In this document: one piece after another, positions 27,191 through 44,141 of the stretch
How positions within the stretch are numbered: the first letter of the stretch is position 1
Layout of the letters: each line of letters starts with the position of its first letter
Origin: the human T2T-CHM13v2.0 reference genome, Homo sapiens
Reading direction: 5' to 3' (one strand)
Assembly (NCBI RefSeq): GCF_009914755.1
Contig: NC_060926.1
DNA length: 64,000 nucleotides
Made by a program: the position numbers and the translations under genes
The notes under the pieces: generated by a model
What the model was told of the DNA's origin: nothing
Databases searched by the model: none
Seen by the model: the letters and a program-made list of their open reading frames with translations, nothing else

Positions 27191-29196
27191 TGACAACCAG
27201 ATTATACAATTTATATAAAAATGTGAAAAATCTTAAATGGCCAGAATAATTTTTGAAAAAGAGTAAAGTTGGAGAATTTATATTATCTGATTTCAAGATT
27301 TACTATAGAATTACAGCAAATAAGACAATGTGGTATTTCTGTAAAGATAGACTTAGGGATTAAAGGAACAGGATAGAGTTCAGAAATAGAACCATACACA
27401 TATGACAATGAAATTATCAAGGTATTTCAATAAGGGTAAAGAGACCATTTTTAACAAATGGTAAAGAAACAATGAAATATCCAATTGGAAAGCAAAAAAC
27501 AAAAACTTGGACCCAAACCTAATTCCATGCTCAAAAAAGTACACTACTGACTTAAAAGTAGAAGTAAAAACTATAAAACTTTTTCTTTTATGTGCAGATT
27601 TCTTAGAAACGACACAAAAATATGAATTATAGTAGCAAAAACTGATAACTCCATCAAAATTTAAAACCGCTCTTCAAAAGACACCAGTAAGAAGATGAAA
27701 AGGCAAGCCAAAGTCTGGGACAAAATACGGTCCATTTACCTAACAAAGGACTTACATCTAGAACATGTAAAGAACACTTACAATTCAACACTTACATTTC
27801 AATAGTAAGATAAATTTTTAATGGGCAAATGATTTGAATAAACAACTCAAAATAAAATCTAGATATGGTCAGTAAGCACATGAAAAGGTGCTCAACATCA
27901 TGAGTCATCAGGAAAATATAAACTAAAATCAGAGATACCAGTACACACCTACTAGAATGGCTAAAATCAAAATCACTGACATTACCAAGTGTTGATGTAC
28001 AGTAGAGGTCAGCAAACGACAGCCCACAGGCCAACTTCGGCTTGCTGCCCCGCCTGTTTTTGTAAATCAAGTTTTATTGAAACACAGTCACATTCATTTT
28101 TTCATGTACTGTCCAAGGCTGCTTTTCTGCTACAATAGCAGGGATGAGTAAGTTCCAGCTTAGCAATAAAAAGAAACAACTTCTGATACTTATCACAAGT
28201 GGATAAATCTCAAAAACATTTTGCTGTACAAAAGAAGGCAGACACAAAAGACACATTCAATTTATATGAAATTCTAGAACAAGCAAACTTAATTTAAAGT
28301 GGCAGAAAGCAGATTAGTGGTTGTTTGGAACTGGAGGTGAGGGGTGGGGAGATCTCTGTACAAGGGAACTTTCTGTGGGATAATAAAAACTTCTCTAACT
28401 TGTTTGTACTGGTGGTTACACTGAATGCATATTTTTGTCAAAACTCGAACTGTATACTTAAAATGAGTGTATTTTATTGTATCTTCATAAACATACCTCC
28501 AATGATAATAAATTAAAACAAACTTTGGGTTTTGATGGGTTTCAGAATTCAGAATTTTTCAGATTTTTAGAAAAGTGGCACTGTACATTAACTGTATGTT
28601 ATATAACATCCCCAACTGGTTTTGCAGCAGCACCTCATATTTAAATATATAAATACATCTTCAGCAAATATGAGTATTCAAACTAAATGAGTTAAGTCTA
28701 GAAACAGCCAAAGTCTGGTTTGGTGGGCAAATGAGTTTCTGAATAAAAGTGTAGAAAAAAACTTTGACTGCTCAGAGTTTTTTGATTTAGTCTTACAGAT
28801 AAGGTGTTATGGGCCTGTATGTATGTTTGTTATATGCTGTACACCCCAAGAGTCTTGTGTGCCAGGCATTGTTGTTAGGTACCTGCAGGGTATACAAACA
28901 CAGGTAACTCTGTCCTTACCCTGCGGAGATCAGATGGATATGATGCAGCTACTACTCACCGGGGGTTCAAGGGTACAGGGGAGTCCGACATAGACAGGAA
29001 ATAACATGAAAGGCAGATTCTGTTAATGCGTCAGGGGACACAGGGGATGGAGAGATTAATTCAGTTTTTCCCTGAGGACATCAGACTAGAAAGGGAGGCT
29101 TGGGTTTCATCATGATAGGTCATATATGCTGGACTGAGGCATTTGCATTTTCTCCTGTAAGCGATAGCACTTCAATATTTATTAAACTGGACTTAC

Positions 29197-29287
29197 CAGT
29201 GATGCTCTCCGAGTCTCTGTGATTGCTATTCATGAGGTTTTCTTCACCTGTTGGTGATGTAAAAATTGCATTCTGGGATTGACTCAT
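29197..29287 (-). CDS. TRAK2: TRAK2 exon 2 coding part (91 nt, MSQSQNAIFTSPTGEENLMNSNHRDSESIT)
   Basis: ATG at 29287; translation matches the TRAK2 N-terminus; donor CTG|GTAAGT. Confidence 0.95.
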
Positions 29288-29486
29288 GCAGGATCCTTTC
29301 TTGCTTTGGTTGAGAAGGACAGCTTTGGTATGAATCAGAGTAAAGGAAATCCATCAAGCCATTCAATAATGAAATGGATTTGGTCACATGGATATTTTCT
29401 TTTAGACAGATTTTCTCTGATGAGTCAAATGACATCCGTAGCAACGAGCACTCTCATGTGATTATCATACTTTGGACAGTCATGAC
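29288..29486 (-). other. TRAK2: TRAK2 exon 2, 5'UTR portion (199 nt)
   Basis: Acceptor tgtttttgttttag|GTCATG at 29486; contiguous with the start codon at 29287. Confidence 0.85.
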
Positions 29487-30209
29487 CTAAAACAAAAACA
29501 TCAAGTGACTAGAACTCAGCATGCTCTTTAACAACAGGAATCTAATTAATCAAAATGTCCATCATGAAAAATGTTTTTCTAATGATTCATACAACATGGA
29601 TAAATCTCATAATTATGCTGGAAGAAAGAAGTCAGACAAAAAAAGAGTACACAGTTTATGACTTCATTTACATAAAATTCTAGAAAATGTCCACTTATCT
29701 ATAGTGACAGCAGATCAGTGGCTGCCTGGAGTTAAGGGAGGAATTACTAAGGGGCAGGAGAAAAGTTTTTGGAATGATGAATATGTTTATTATTTTGACT
29801 GTGGTGATGGTTTTACAAATGCGTATCAAAAGTGGTTAAATTGTACACTTGAAATGTGTAATTTGATGCATGTTAATTATATTTAAATAAAGGTGTTTAA
29901 TTTTTAAAAAGATAACTGTTTAAAGTAATACACTAATAATATATTGTAGAGTCTATAACATATGTAGAAGTAGAATGTTTTGCAGTAGCATGAAGGCCAG
30001 AAGGGGGGAAATGGGCATATACTGTTGTAAGGCTTTTATATTACACATGAAACAGTAACATATGGCTTGAAGATAGACTGTGATAAGTTAAAGAAGTATA
30101 CCATAAACCTGAAACCAACCAATTAAAAAACTCAAGAATTACAGATAATAAACCAATGAAGAAGACGAAATGGAATAATACAAAACAGGGTTTTTTAATC
30201 TTGGAAAAT

Positions 30210-30386
30210 TAACATTTTGGGCCAGTTATTGCTTCATCATGTGCATTGTAGGATCTTTTACCCACTAAGTGCCAGCAGAATCGCTTCCCCAGACCCTCTC
30301 CAGCTTTATCTAAAATGTCTCCAGACATTGTCAGATGTCCCCTGGGGTGGGGGGGGCAAAATTCATCCCTGGTTGAGAACCACTGA
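30210..30386. mobile_element. MER20
   Basis: aaatgtctccagacattgtcagatgtcccctgggg...ggttgagaaccactg signature. Confidence 0.75.
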
Positions 30387-30546
30387 TAAAACAGATGCTC
30401 AACTTCACTCACAATTAAAACAAAAATATAAACAAAAAAAAAGTTCACCCACTAGATTAGCAAACATTAGTTTTATTATATTCTTTGCTGGAGATGGTGT
30501 GGAGAAAGAAGCACTCTTATACCCTGTTGATAAAAGTGCAAATTGG

Positions 30547-30848
<302 letters not shown>

Positions 30849-31815
30849 GGTGCAAATTGGAACAAGCTTTCAGAAGGCTATTTGGCAATGTCTACCAAAC
30901 TTTTAAATGCACACATGCTGTAACTTAACAGTTCTACCACCAGGAATTTACACAATGGATATACTCACGAAGTGTGCTAAGATGTAGGGATAAGGATGCC
31001 CATACGGTATTGGTTTGGGGGGAAAAAAAAAGCACATACCACACAACTGGAACTAAATGTCTATAAATAAATGGTTTAATAACAGTGGAACATACAAAGG
31101 AATACAATGTACTAAATATATGTGCATACTTAAAAAAATCAGGAACTGTCATCAGTAAAACTGTTCAATTCTACTTATTTGATTTATATCAAGACAGTCT
31201 CTGCTTGGCAACTTGTGGCTTCTACTTATAGTTAATTCATTCTCATGCCTGCTCTTCACAGGCATCATAAATATTCAATGTTTTACAAGAGAGTTACCCT
31301 CAAGAAGTAGAAAGGAACAAAGTAAATAAAGGAGACTGAAAATGGTTACTGAGGCAGAAGAATAGAGAAGCACTTTGAGCAAATCCTAGGGAGGAGAGTT
31401 TCAGAGATAGAATGTGAACAGAATTAAACGTTATACAAAGTCAAAGGGAAAATTCGGTTTATTTAAAAAGGGGTAAGGGACCATAAAATCAATGATAACT
31501 TTCCAGAAACCAGTTCAGCCAAGAGATTGGATCCAAAGACAAGCTGCAAGGTGTCGGTAAGTGAGATGCTAAGAGTGGAGTTTAGTGAGTACAGACCACG
31601 ATTTCCTAACACCTAGACTTTCAGATCTCCACAGACTGGTAAAATTTCAAACACTTCTGTGGTTATTGGCATGGGGTTTCCATTTCTTACCAATTTCTAT
31701 TACTTTGTAAATGATAAAACATTTTACTAAAAGAAAAAGAGACATAATAAATAGCAGTCCTTCCCAAAAAAGGAGTTTGTAATTTTATGTTGGAATAACA
31801 ACAGCAACACCACCA

Positions 31816-31867
<52 letters not shown>
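31816..31867. repeat. (CA)n microsatellite at the tail of a reverse Alu monomer (about 31867-32021)
   Basis: About 25 uninterrupted CA units. Confidence 0.95.
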
Positions 31868-31870
<3 letters not shown>

Positions 31871-32295
31871 ACAGAGTCTTGCTCTGCTGCTCTGTCACCC
31901 AGGCTGGTGTGCAGTGGTGCAATCATAGCTCACTATAGCCTTGAACTCCTGGCCTCAAGTGATCCTCCTGCCTCAACTCCCAAAGCTCTGAGATTACAGG
32001 CATGAGCCACTGCACCCAGCCCTAATTTTTCTATATTTGAACTCAGAAAATTTTAATAAATACTTTAAGATTCTGGTACTGATACATGCTGAATAAATGT
32101 GAGTGAACCCTAAAAACACGCTAAGTGGAAGAAGCAGCCACATGATTCCATTTATATAAAATATCCAAAATAGGCAAATCCATAGTGACAAAGCCAATTA
32201 GTAGTTATCAGGAACTAGGGAGAGGGGAGAATAGGGAGTGATTGCTTAATGCGTATGGGGATTCCTTTTAGGATGATGAAAATTTCATCAATTAC

Positions 32296-32384
32296 AGCTG
32301 GTTCGATGGCAGTGGGTTATCAGAACTTATTAACATTAGTGTCATTAAAGTTGGTATATAGTCCCTCACTGCTAAATTTGGCTT
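32296..32384 (+). pseudogene. Y4 RNA (RNY4) retropseudogene
   Basis: gctggttcgatggcagtgggttatcagaacttattaacattagtgtcattaaagttggtata...cactgctaaatttggctt closely resembles hY4; A-rich tail; degenerate TSD aaattt(c/g)at(c/g)aatta. Confidence 0.9.
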
Positions 32385-33317
32385 AAAAATAAAATTTTTT
32401 TAAAAATTTGATGAATTAGTGGTGATGGTGGCACAACACTGTAAATACACTATAATAAATTTCACTGAATTATACACTTTAAGGTGGTTAAAATGGCAAA
32501 TTTTACATGTCTTTTACTGAAACTAAGTACTGTACTATATAATACAAAGTATATAATACACAATTTTAAAAGTGATAGGGAAATTCTTAGATCAATAGTC
32601 ATTTATTCCAAGTGTATTTTAAATAAAATCAGTCTTGGTAAAGAAAAAAAAGATTATATTTTATATACATAACTATTTTCTTGAAATATGTTTGCCAGTA
32701 TAGTAATCTGTGTTACCCAGTGCAACATGAAGTAAAACTCTAATATATTAATTCAGATACTTTAATTTTAATTCCAGTTGTCAAAAATTCATTTTTCATA
32801 TTCCAGGAAAAGTCCATTGTATGCAACTGAATTCTTTTCCACATATCGTATTGTCCAGAATTGTCATCCCTAAACCAGTCACTATAAAGGAAATAGAATT
32901 ATAATGAATCAAACCAATAAAGAGTCACACCTTGAACTTGGAAGGAAGAAGAAAGCAATCTTCTCTGAAGTACACAATCACTGGCTACCTGAGCAAAATC
33001 TGAACTAGGGCCTCTGCCAACCAAGAAGGGGGAAATGATCATTTTTAGGTAGGGAACCAAATATCACCTGCTATGTAAGTCTTTATGTCACATATAATTT
33101 TTATCAAGGTCTTTTAAATTCTAACACTCCAAAGACCTAGATTTATAGTTTAGGAATCAAGTGATACATTTTAAAAAAACAGAATGGCAATGGAAATCTA
33201 AGAATAAATGTGCTAGTGTATAACCGGCTATCTAGTGAATGATCAGCAAATCATGCACTCGTTTGTAACTGGCCACTAGTTTATAACTATGCACTAGTGT
33301 ATAACAGGCTATCTAGT

Positions 33318-33968
33318 GCATGGTCAGCAAATTTGGCCCACAGCCAAATTTGGCTTGCCACCTGTTTTTTTTGTTCGTTTGTTTTTGTTTTTTTTTTGTT
33401 TTTGAGACAGAGTCTCACTCTTTCGCCCAGGCCGGACTGCAGTGGCACAATCTCGGCTCACTGCAAGCTCTGACTCCCGGGTTCACGCCATTCTCCTGCC
33501 TCAGCCTCCCGAGTAGCTGGGACTACAGGCACCCGCCACCTTGCCTGGCTAATTTTTTTTGTATTTTTTTTAGTAGAGACGGGGTTTCACTGTGTTAGCC
33601 AGGATGGTCTCGATCTCCTGACCTCGTGATCCGCCCGCCTCGGCCTCCCAAAGTGCTGGGATTACAGGCGTGAGCCACTGCGCCCGGCCTGCCACCTGTT
33701 TTTGTACAACCTGTGAGTTAAGAATGATTTTTATACTTTCAAATGGCTGGAAGGCAAAGAATAATATTATGTAACATGTGACAATTATGAAATTCAATTT
33801 CCAGTGTCCACAAAGGAAGTTTTATTGGAATACAGCCACACTTACTTAAGTATTGTCAATTGGTTGCTTTCATGCTACAACAGCAGAGCTTAGTAATTTT
33901 AAGGACTTCATAGTCCACAGAGCCTAGAATACTATGTCTCTTTACAGAAAAAGTTGACCAACACCTGT
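33318..33968. mobile_element. MER58-type hAT element interrupted by an AluY (-, about 33365-33689)
   Basis: ggtcagcaaatttggcccacagcc... to ...gttgaccaacacctg; Alu TSD gccacctgttttt. Confidence 0.75.
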
Positions 33969-34179
33969 TCTACAGTAGAAAAATAGTTCAGTCATAAAAT
34001 AACCACCTACCTAAATCAAAGATTTCCTAGATTAACTTCTTAAAAAGGGTTTCCTTCCACATTTACATACTTGTAATTAGATCACTATTTCCACAGAATT
34101 TAGGTAAACTAAACAACAGACTTCTACTTTCTACATCCGTAAGTGCATTTAAATGTTATTTTCAATTTCTAAGAAATCA

Positions 34180-34480
<301 letters not shown>

Positions 34481-34849
34481 ACTCCAGAAAGCATTGCTTT
34501 TTTTTTTTAAAGTAATGTTATATACTTGTTTGTGAAGAGAGAAAAAGAGAGAGAGAGAGTGAGGAGGGAAGGATGAAAAGGAACAGGATAAAAGCAAAGT
34601 ATCTCTCATACTGGTCCACACTGATTCTCAAACAGAGCTGCGGTTCTTTTAATCATATCTGAATCAAAGACCACTGCGAAAATCTAATGATAATTTTGAG
34701 AACTATGCCCACCACTCTGTTACATACTAGCTGATTTGATTATACATTTACCATTTATTTTAGTTCCTATTTTTGTTTTTATATATATCACATAGGAACA
34801 CAAAAATTTTATATGTTTCGCCTAAGGACTCTACATCTTTGTTCTACAG

Positions 34850-35366
34850 CAGGGGTCCCCAACTCCTGTGCCATAGAACTGTACCCATCTGTGGCCTGTC
34901 AGGAACCAGGCTGCATAGCAGGAGGTGGGTAAGTGAAGCTTCATCTGCATTTACAGCCGCTCCCCATCACTCGCATTACTGCCTGAGCTCTGCCTCCTGT
35001 CAGATCAGCGGCAGCATTAGATTCTCATAGGAGCTCGAAACTTACTGTGAACTGCACGTGCGAGGGATCTAGGTTGCCCACTTATGAGAATCGAATGCCT
35101 GATGGTCTGTCACTCTCTCCCATCACCTCCAGAAGGGACCGTCTACTTGATGGAAAATAAGCTTAGGGCTCCCACTGATTCCACATTATGGTGAGTTGTA
35201 TAATTATTTCATTACATATTACAGTGTAATAATAATAGCAATAAAGTGCACAATAAATGTAAAGCGCTTGAATCATCCCCAAACCACCCTCCTCATCTCC
35301 ACTGGTCCATGGAAAAATTGTCTTCCACGAAACCAGTCCCTGATGGCAGAAAGGCTGGGGACCTCT
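34850..35366. mobile_element. MER1-type hAT-Charlie DNA transposon
   Basis: TIRs caggggtcccc ... ggggacctctg; degenerate 8-bp TSD ttctacag / ttctagaa. Confidence 0.8.
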
Positions 35367-35973
35367 GTTCTAGAAAACTGCTCTTTAAATTAACTTTGGA
35401 GGTTTTGTTAATGGTTTAGTCTTAATTCTTGCATAGCAGAATAGAGAAAACCAAGTTGAACTAAGAACTAAGTCCATCTAAAGAATCATGCCAGAAAAAT
35501 GCTGACTTCCAAGGCAATTCAGGAACCTGTTCAGCCTGCAGACTGTGCACCAAGTCCAGGGTGATCTGGCAATGGTATGTTCTTCCTGGAGACTTTTTAG
35601 ATCTAAATAAGCCCTTTGGACATGCCCTGTCTAAATCTGAGCTCCTCAGAAAGATCAGTTTGGAGTAGTGGTACTGAACATAGTTCCATGGATGTGGCCT
35701 GACATTAGACAAGTCTGAATTTTAACCTAATTTACTGCTTTTCTGACCTTAGGCCCATTATTTAACATTTTTGAGTCTCATTCCTCATTTTCAAGATGGG
35801 GATATTAATAACCACCCTTTATAAGAAGGGTCAGACATGAGAACTAAATAAAAATGACAAATTCCTAGTTTGGTACCCAACATACAGTAGACACTCAAAT
35901 GCGCACTCCTGTCGGCTTCCCCCTTAGCTTTCAGGCCTGATAAAAAGATGATGTCTTCTGTCTAATATTTCTT

Positions 35974-39746
<3,773 letters not shown>

Positions 39747-40034
39747 CTGTCTAGTATTTCTTAAATTTCTGGCTCAACAGCCAACTGTGTACCCAGAATG
39801 ACTACCACGTTTAAGTATGGAGTAGAAGCGGTCTGAAGATACCTCTGAGTAATCTTCACATAGAAGGACATAAGGACTAAGAAACTGTGCTCCTGCTAAT
39901 AAAGTTTCAAGTGCCATAGAGCTGGGATTATCAAGAGTGATGATTCCTAAAGCTCATTCCTTCATGGGTCTGAGGAAGGTTTGCTAATAACAAAAAAGTC
40001 TTAACTATACTTAGCATCTTTCTCCATAGCAGTG

Positions 40035-40540
40035 TGGCTATACATTTCCTATTGCTACTACAACAAATTACCACAAACTTAGTGGCTTAAAACAACACCA
40101 ATTTATGATCTTACAGTTCTGGAGGTCAGAAAAATGAAAAGTGTCAATGGACCAAAAGCAAGGTGTTAGAAGAGTTATGCCCCCTCCCTCTGGAGGCTCC
40201 AGGGAAAAATCATTCCCTTGTCTTTCCTAGCTTTTAGAGTTGTATTACTTGGCTCAGGGTTTCTTCCACCATCTTCTATGCCAGCTGCGTAGCATCTTCA
40301 AGTTTCTCTCTGCTTCTACTGTTACACTGTCTTCTTCTGCTGTCAAGTCTCCTTTGCCTCACTCCTATAAGGACACCTGTGATTACATTTAAGGTAAAAC
40401 TGGATAATCCAGCATAATCTTCCGTCTCAAGATCCTTAATGTAGCCATGTCTGCAAAGTCCTTTTGGCATATAAGGTAATATTCACAGGATCCAGGGATC
40501 AAGAACTGCATATCTTTGAGGGCCAGTATTCAGCCTACCT
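40035..40540. mobile_element. MaLR MLT1 solo LTR
   Basis: aaattaccacaaacttagtggcttaaaacaacac...ttacagttctggaggtcag signature. Confidence 0.8.
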
Positions 40541-40830
40541 CAGTGGTTAAGAATGTGGATTCTGGAACTAGAGTGCCTAAATTTGAACTCCAGCCCCACC
40601 ACTTACTGGTTGGGTGATCTTGGACAAATTACTTGACCTCATTTTTTCATCTGTTAAGTGGGCCTAATAACAGGATCTACTTTATGGGGACTAAGTGAAT
40701 TATGACAGGATAATAGTAGCAGCTACCTCAGAGGGTTATTGGGAAATAACATGAGTTAATACATGTAAAGGTCTTAGAATAATGTCTTAGAATATAGTAA
40801 ATGCTATGCAAGTACTGGTTATTATTAGTA
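40540..40830 (+). mobile_element. MIR
   Basis: cagtggttaagaatgtggattctgg...gtgatcttggacaaattacttgacctc signature. Confidence 0.7.
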
Positions 40831-42747
40831 TTTCTATCACCAAAGTACTATTTTATAATTATTATTATTGTTATTGTACCTTACACAATGTTGGGCACAA
40901 TCTACGGCCTACTCTCAATTGCTTGATAGCATCTTCTTTCAACCTAAGAAAGAATTTACTTCCTGCCTTCTGATGAGTGACGTTAGCTTAGTGTGATTAA
41001 TCATTCTCTTCCTGTCTCTTGGATGCATGAATAAACCAAAAGCTTACACAGAGTCCTAAATGCAGTAGAAACTAAACTTTGGCAAACACAAATGACACAT
41101 TTTCAGTGCCTTTCCTAGTCTGTGCACACGTATTCTGTGCACTTTTTTCAGGGCCATCTACTTTCTTTGCCGGATCTTTATTCAACCTTTTTAGGAACAA
41201 CTTCACTGCTTTTCTTTATAAAACAACCAATCAGGCATGTATCATTTAACAAGAAGCCAGCCTTTGTAATCCATGCACATTAAGAAGAAGAAAATAAAGC
41301 AAAATAATCAAGTAACTTATTTTAAGAAGGATGAGACTTAAAAAGAACAACCAAAACATGTCATTGACATAAATATTGCTGGCAGGACACAACATGGCTA
41401 ATGACTTAGATAGTTTAGCCCAGCCACAGAACTAATTGGTCAACAGTGAATGCCTAAATATAGGCCCTGTGCCTAAAAAATATCTTGCTACTTCCTTAAA
41501 ACAGGATACTCTGGCCAAAACAGCCTTATTGAGAAGGCTAAAACAACTCTGGGAAAGTTCACCTCTGCTGGGCGTAGAGCCTGGGATTGCAAAAAATGTA
41601 ATTATTTAGTGAAACATTTACACTGGAAATATATTCAAAATTTTTATTTTATAAGCAATACTTTGGGGATTAATTTGAAACACATGTGGGCTGCTGAAAT
41701 GCATGCAGGAACAGTGCCAATCACCAATTCAGCAATAGCTCTCTTAGGCAGTGGCAACCTAATCCAGACAAAAGATAAGCTAATTTAAAAAATGATAATT
41801 TACCTTGTCCTCATAAAATAATATATTTTTGACAAAGACAGAGACTCACTAATTTTAATGTATCTGGCTACACTACAGATAAAGTTTACCAAAAAACCAC
41901 AGTAATTTACAAACCAGATATTAAACCACTTAAAGACTCTATCATGGCTTCAGTGCTAAGAGCTGAAAAAAAGGCGGGAGGAGCATCACCAGCAAAACCC
42001 AGCCTGGACAGTAAGCAGCAGACCTCAGGAAGGCAGAGGCCACATATCACTATCCAGCTGCACCGATGCCGCGGGAAAGCTACACTGGCTACATTCAGCA
42101 CAGCTGTTCTATTAGCATTTATAAAGTTGACCCTGAGGAAATAGGATTTGTGACCAGCAAATATTTTGTCCCTCTTTTTAACTGCCATTTGACTTAAAGA
42201 TAAGTAGGGTGTCAGAATATGAAATACATGGAGGTCGCTCTACTTACAAACAGGCTGAATTCCAAAAGGCTGTTAAATCCATTCGTTTAAACGTCCAAAA
42301 CCGTGTGTGAGATTTAGGTTTATGGGGTCAGTATTTCCTCCTAGTTGAATATTTTGGGCATTTTAAAAACTGCCCTGTTTGTTTATAATGAATATCTGCC
42401 GAGGCAGGCAACCCCTCCCTGACACAATCTTCACTAACAGGAAAAGGGCGGTAACCTCTGGCAGCTAAGGAATCCCTATTAGAGCTTCACCTGCAGATAA
42501 GAAAAGGCCTTGAACCCATGGTGTCAACCGCGGTTTTTGATAAGTTTCCACAGCAGCACTTTAATTCACCATGCTTAAAGTTCTTGAACTCCTAACCTTC
42601 ACCTTTGACTGAACAGGCATTCCACTTTAACAACAATCCTCTGCCAAAACCATTTCAGTCAGTCACATTTCTTCGCCTCTGGCTGATTGTCAGCTGCATG
42701 GGTACATCTTTTGTCACACATCATGGGACTGCCCTTCATAATCATTC

Positions 42748-43040
42748 TTTTTTTTTTTTGAGACCGAGTCTCGCTCTTTTGCCCAGGCCGGACTGCAGTG
42801 GCGCTATCTCGGCTCACTGCAACCTCCGCCTCCCGGGTTCACGCCATTCTCCTGCCTCAGCCTCCTGAGTAGCTGGGACTACAGGCGTCCGCCACCGCGC
42901 CCGGCTAATTTTTTGTATTTTTAGTAGAGACGGGGTTTCACCGTGTTAGCCAGGATGGTCTTGATCTCTTGACCTCGTGATCCGCCCACCTCAGCCTCCC
43001 AAAGTGCTGGGATTACAGGCGTGAGCCACTGCGCCCGGCC
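42748..43040 (-). mobile_element. AluY, CpG-rich
   Basis: Reverse dimer with a perfect TSD cataatcattctt. Confidence 0.92.
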
Positions 43041-43826
43041 CATAATCATTCTTATCGTCCAATGATATATCTAAATCGGTGTTTCTCACTATCAAATTTT
43101 TACACAATTTCTACTTTTGTGCCCAGTAATCTATCATTAGCACTGCTTTCAGGGACAAAAATGGGATTTGTAATACAGAATACCTCAAAACTATGCACAT
43201 ATAAAACAAACATGCTATAAATAATAATAATGGCCGAGTTAAAATATTCATCTGTTGATGATCAGCACAGCTAAATCCCTTGCTCTGGAGTATACTTTGT
43301 CCCTATCCATAAAGTTCATAAGTTTCAAGTTTCAAGCAGAAGAGTTTCAAAGGATTTATAAGACCATATAAAGACTTTCTGTCCTATAGATTTATACCCT
43401 AAAATCATGATATTTTTGGATTATAGAATAAAAGAACACCAAACTCTTAAAGAAATTGCATAAGCAACTGAATAAGCAATATCAACATGTTTTCAAACTA
43501 TACTTCTGGACAGGATTTCTATCTTTTGCTTGATGTCCCAGAGTGACAGTATCAAAGGAGATACATAAAAATGCTTAATACAGCATTAGCTAATATTTAT
43601 ACATCCCTAGTTTTATGCTTTGTCCCATCATCCATTTGTTTTCAAATTCACTGTTTCTATAAAAGGTCATGATTGGCTTAGAAATCTGAATAACAAAGCA
43701 AATTATTATTTGCCAGTCAAAAATAATTTAGTGACGGTCATATGTAGTTTAGTCAAAGGAAATAAGATAGCTCAAAAATACTAAAAGTAAAACTCAAACA
43801 GGTAGACTTCAGTCTCACATTCATAA

Positions 43827-44141
<315 letters not shown>

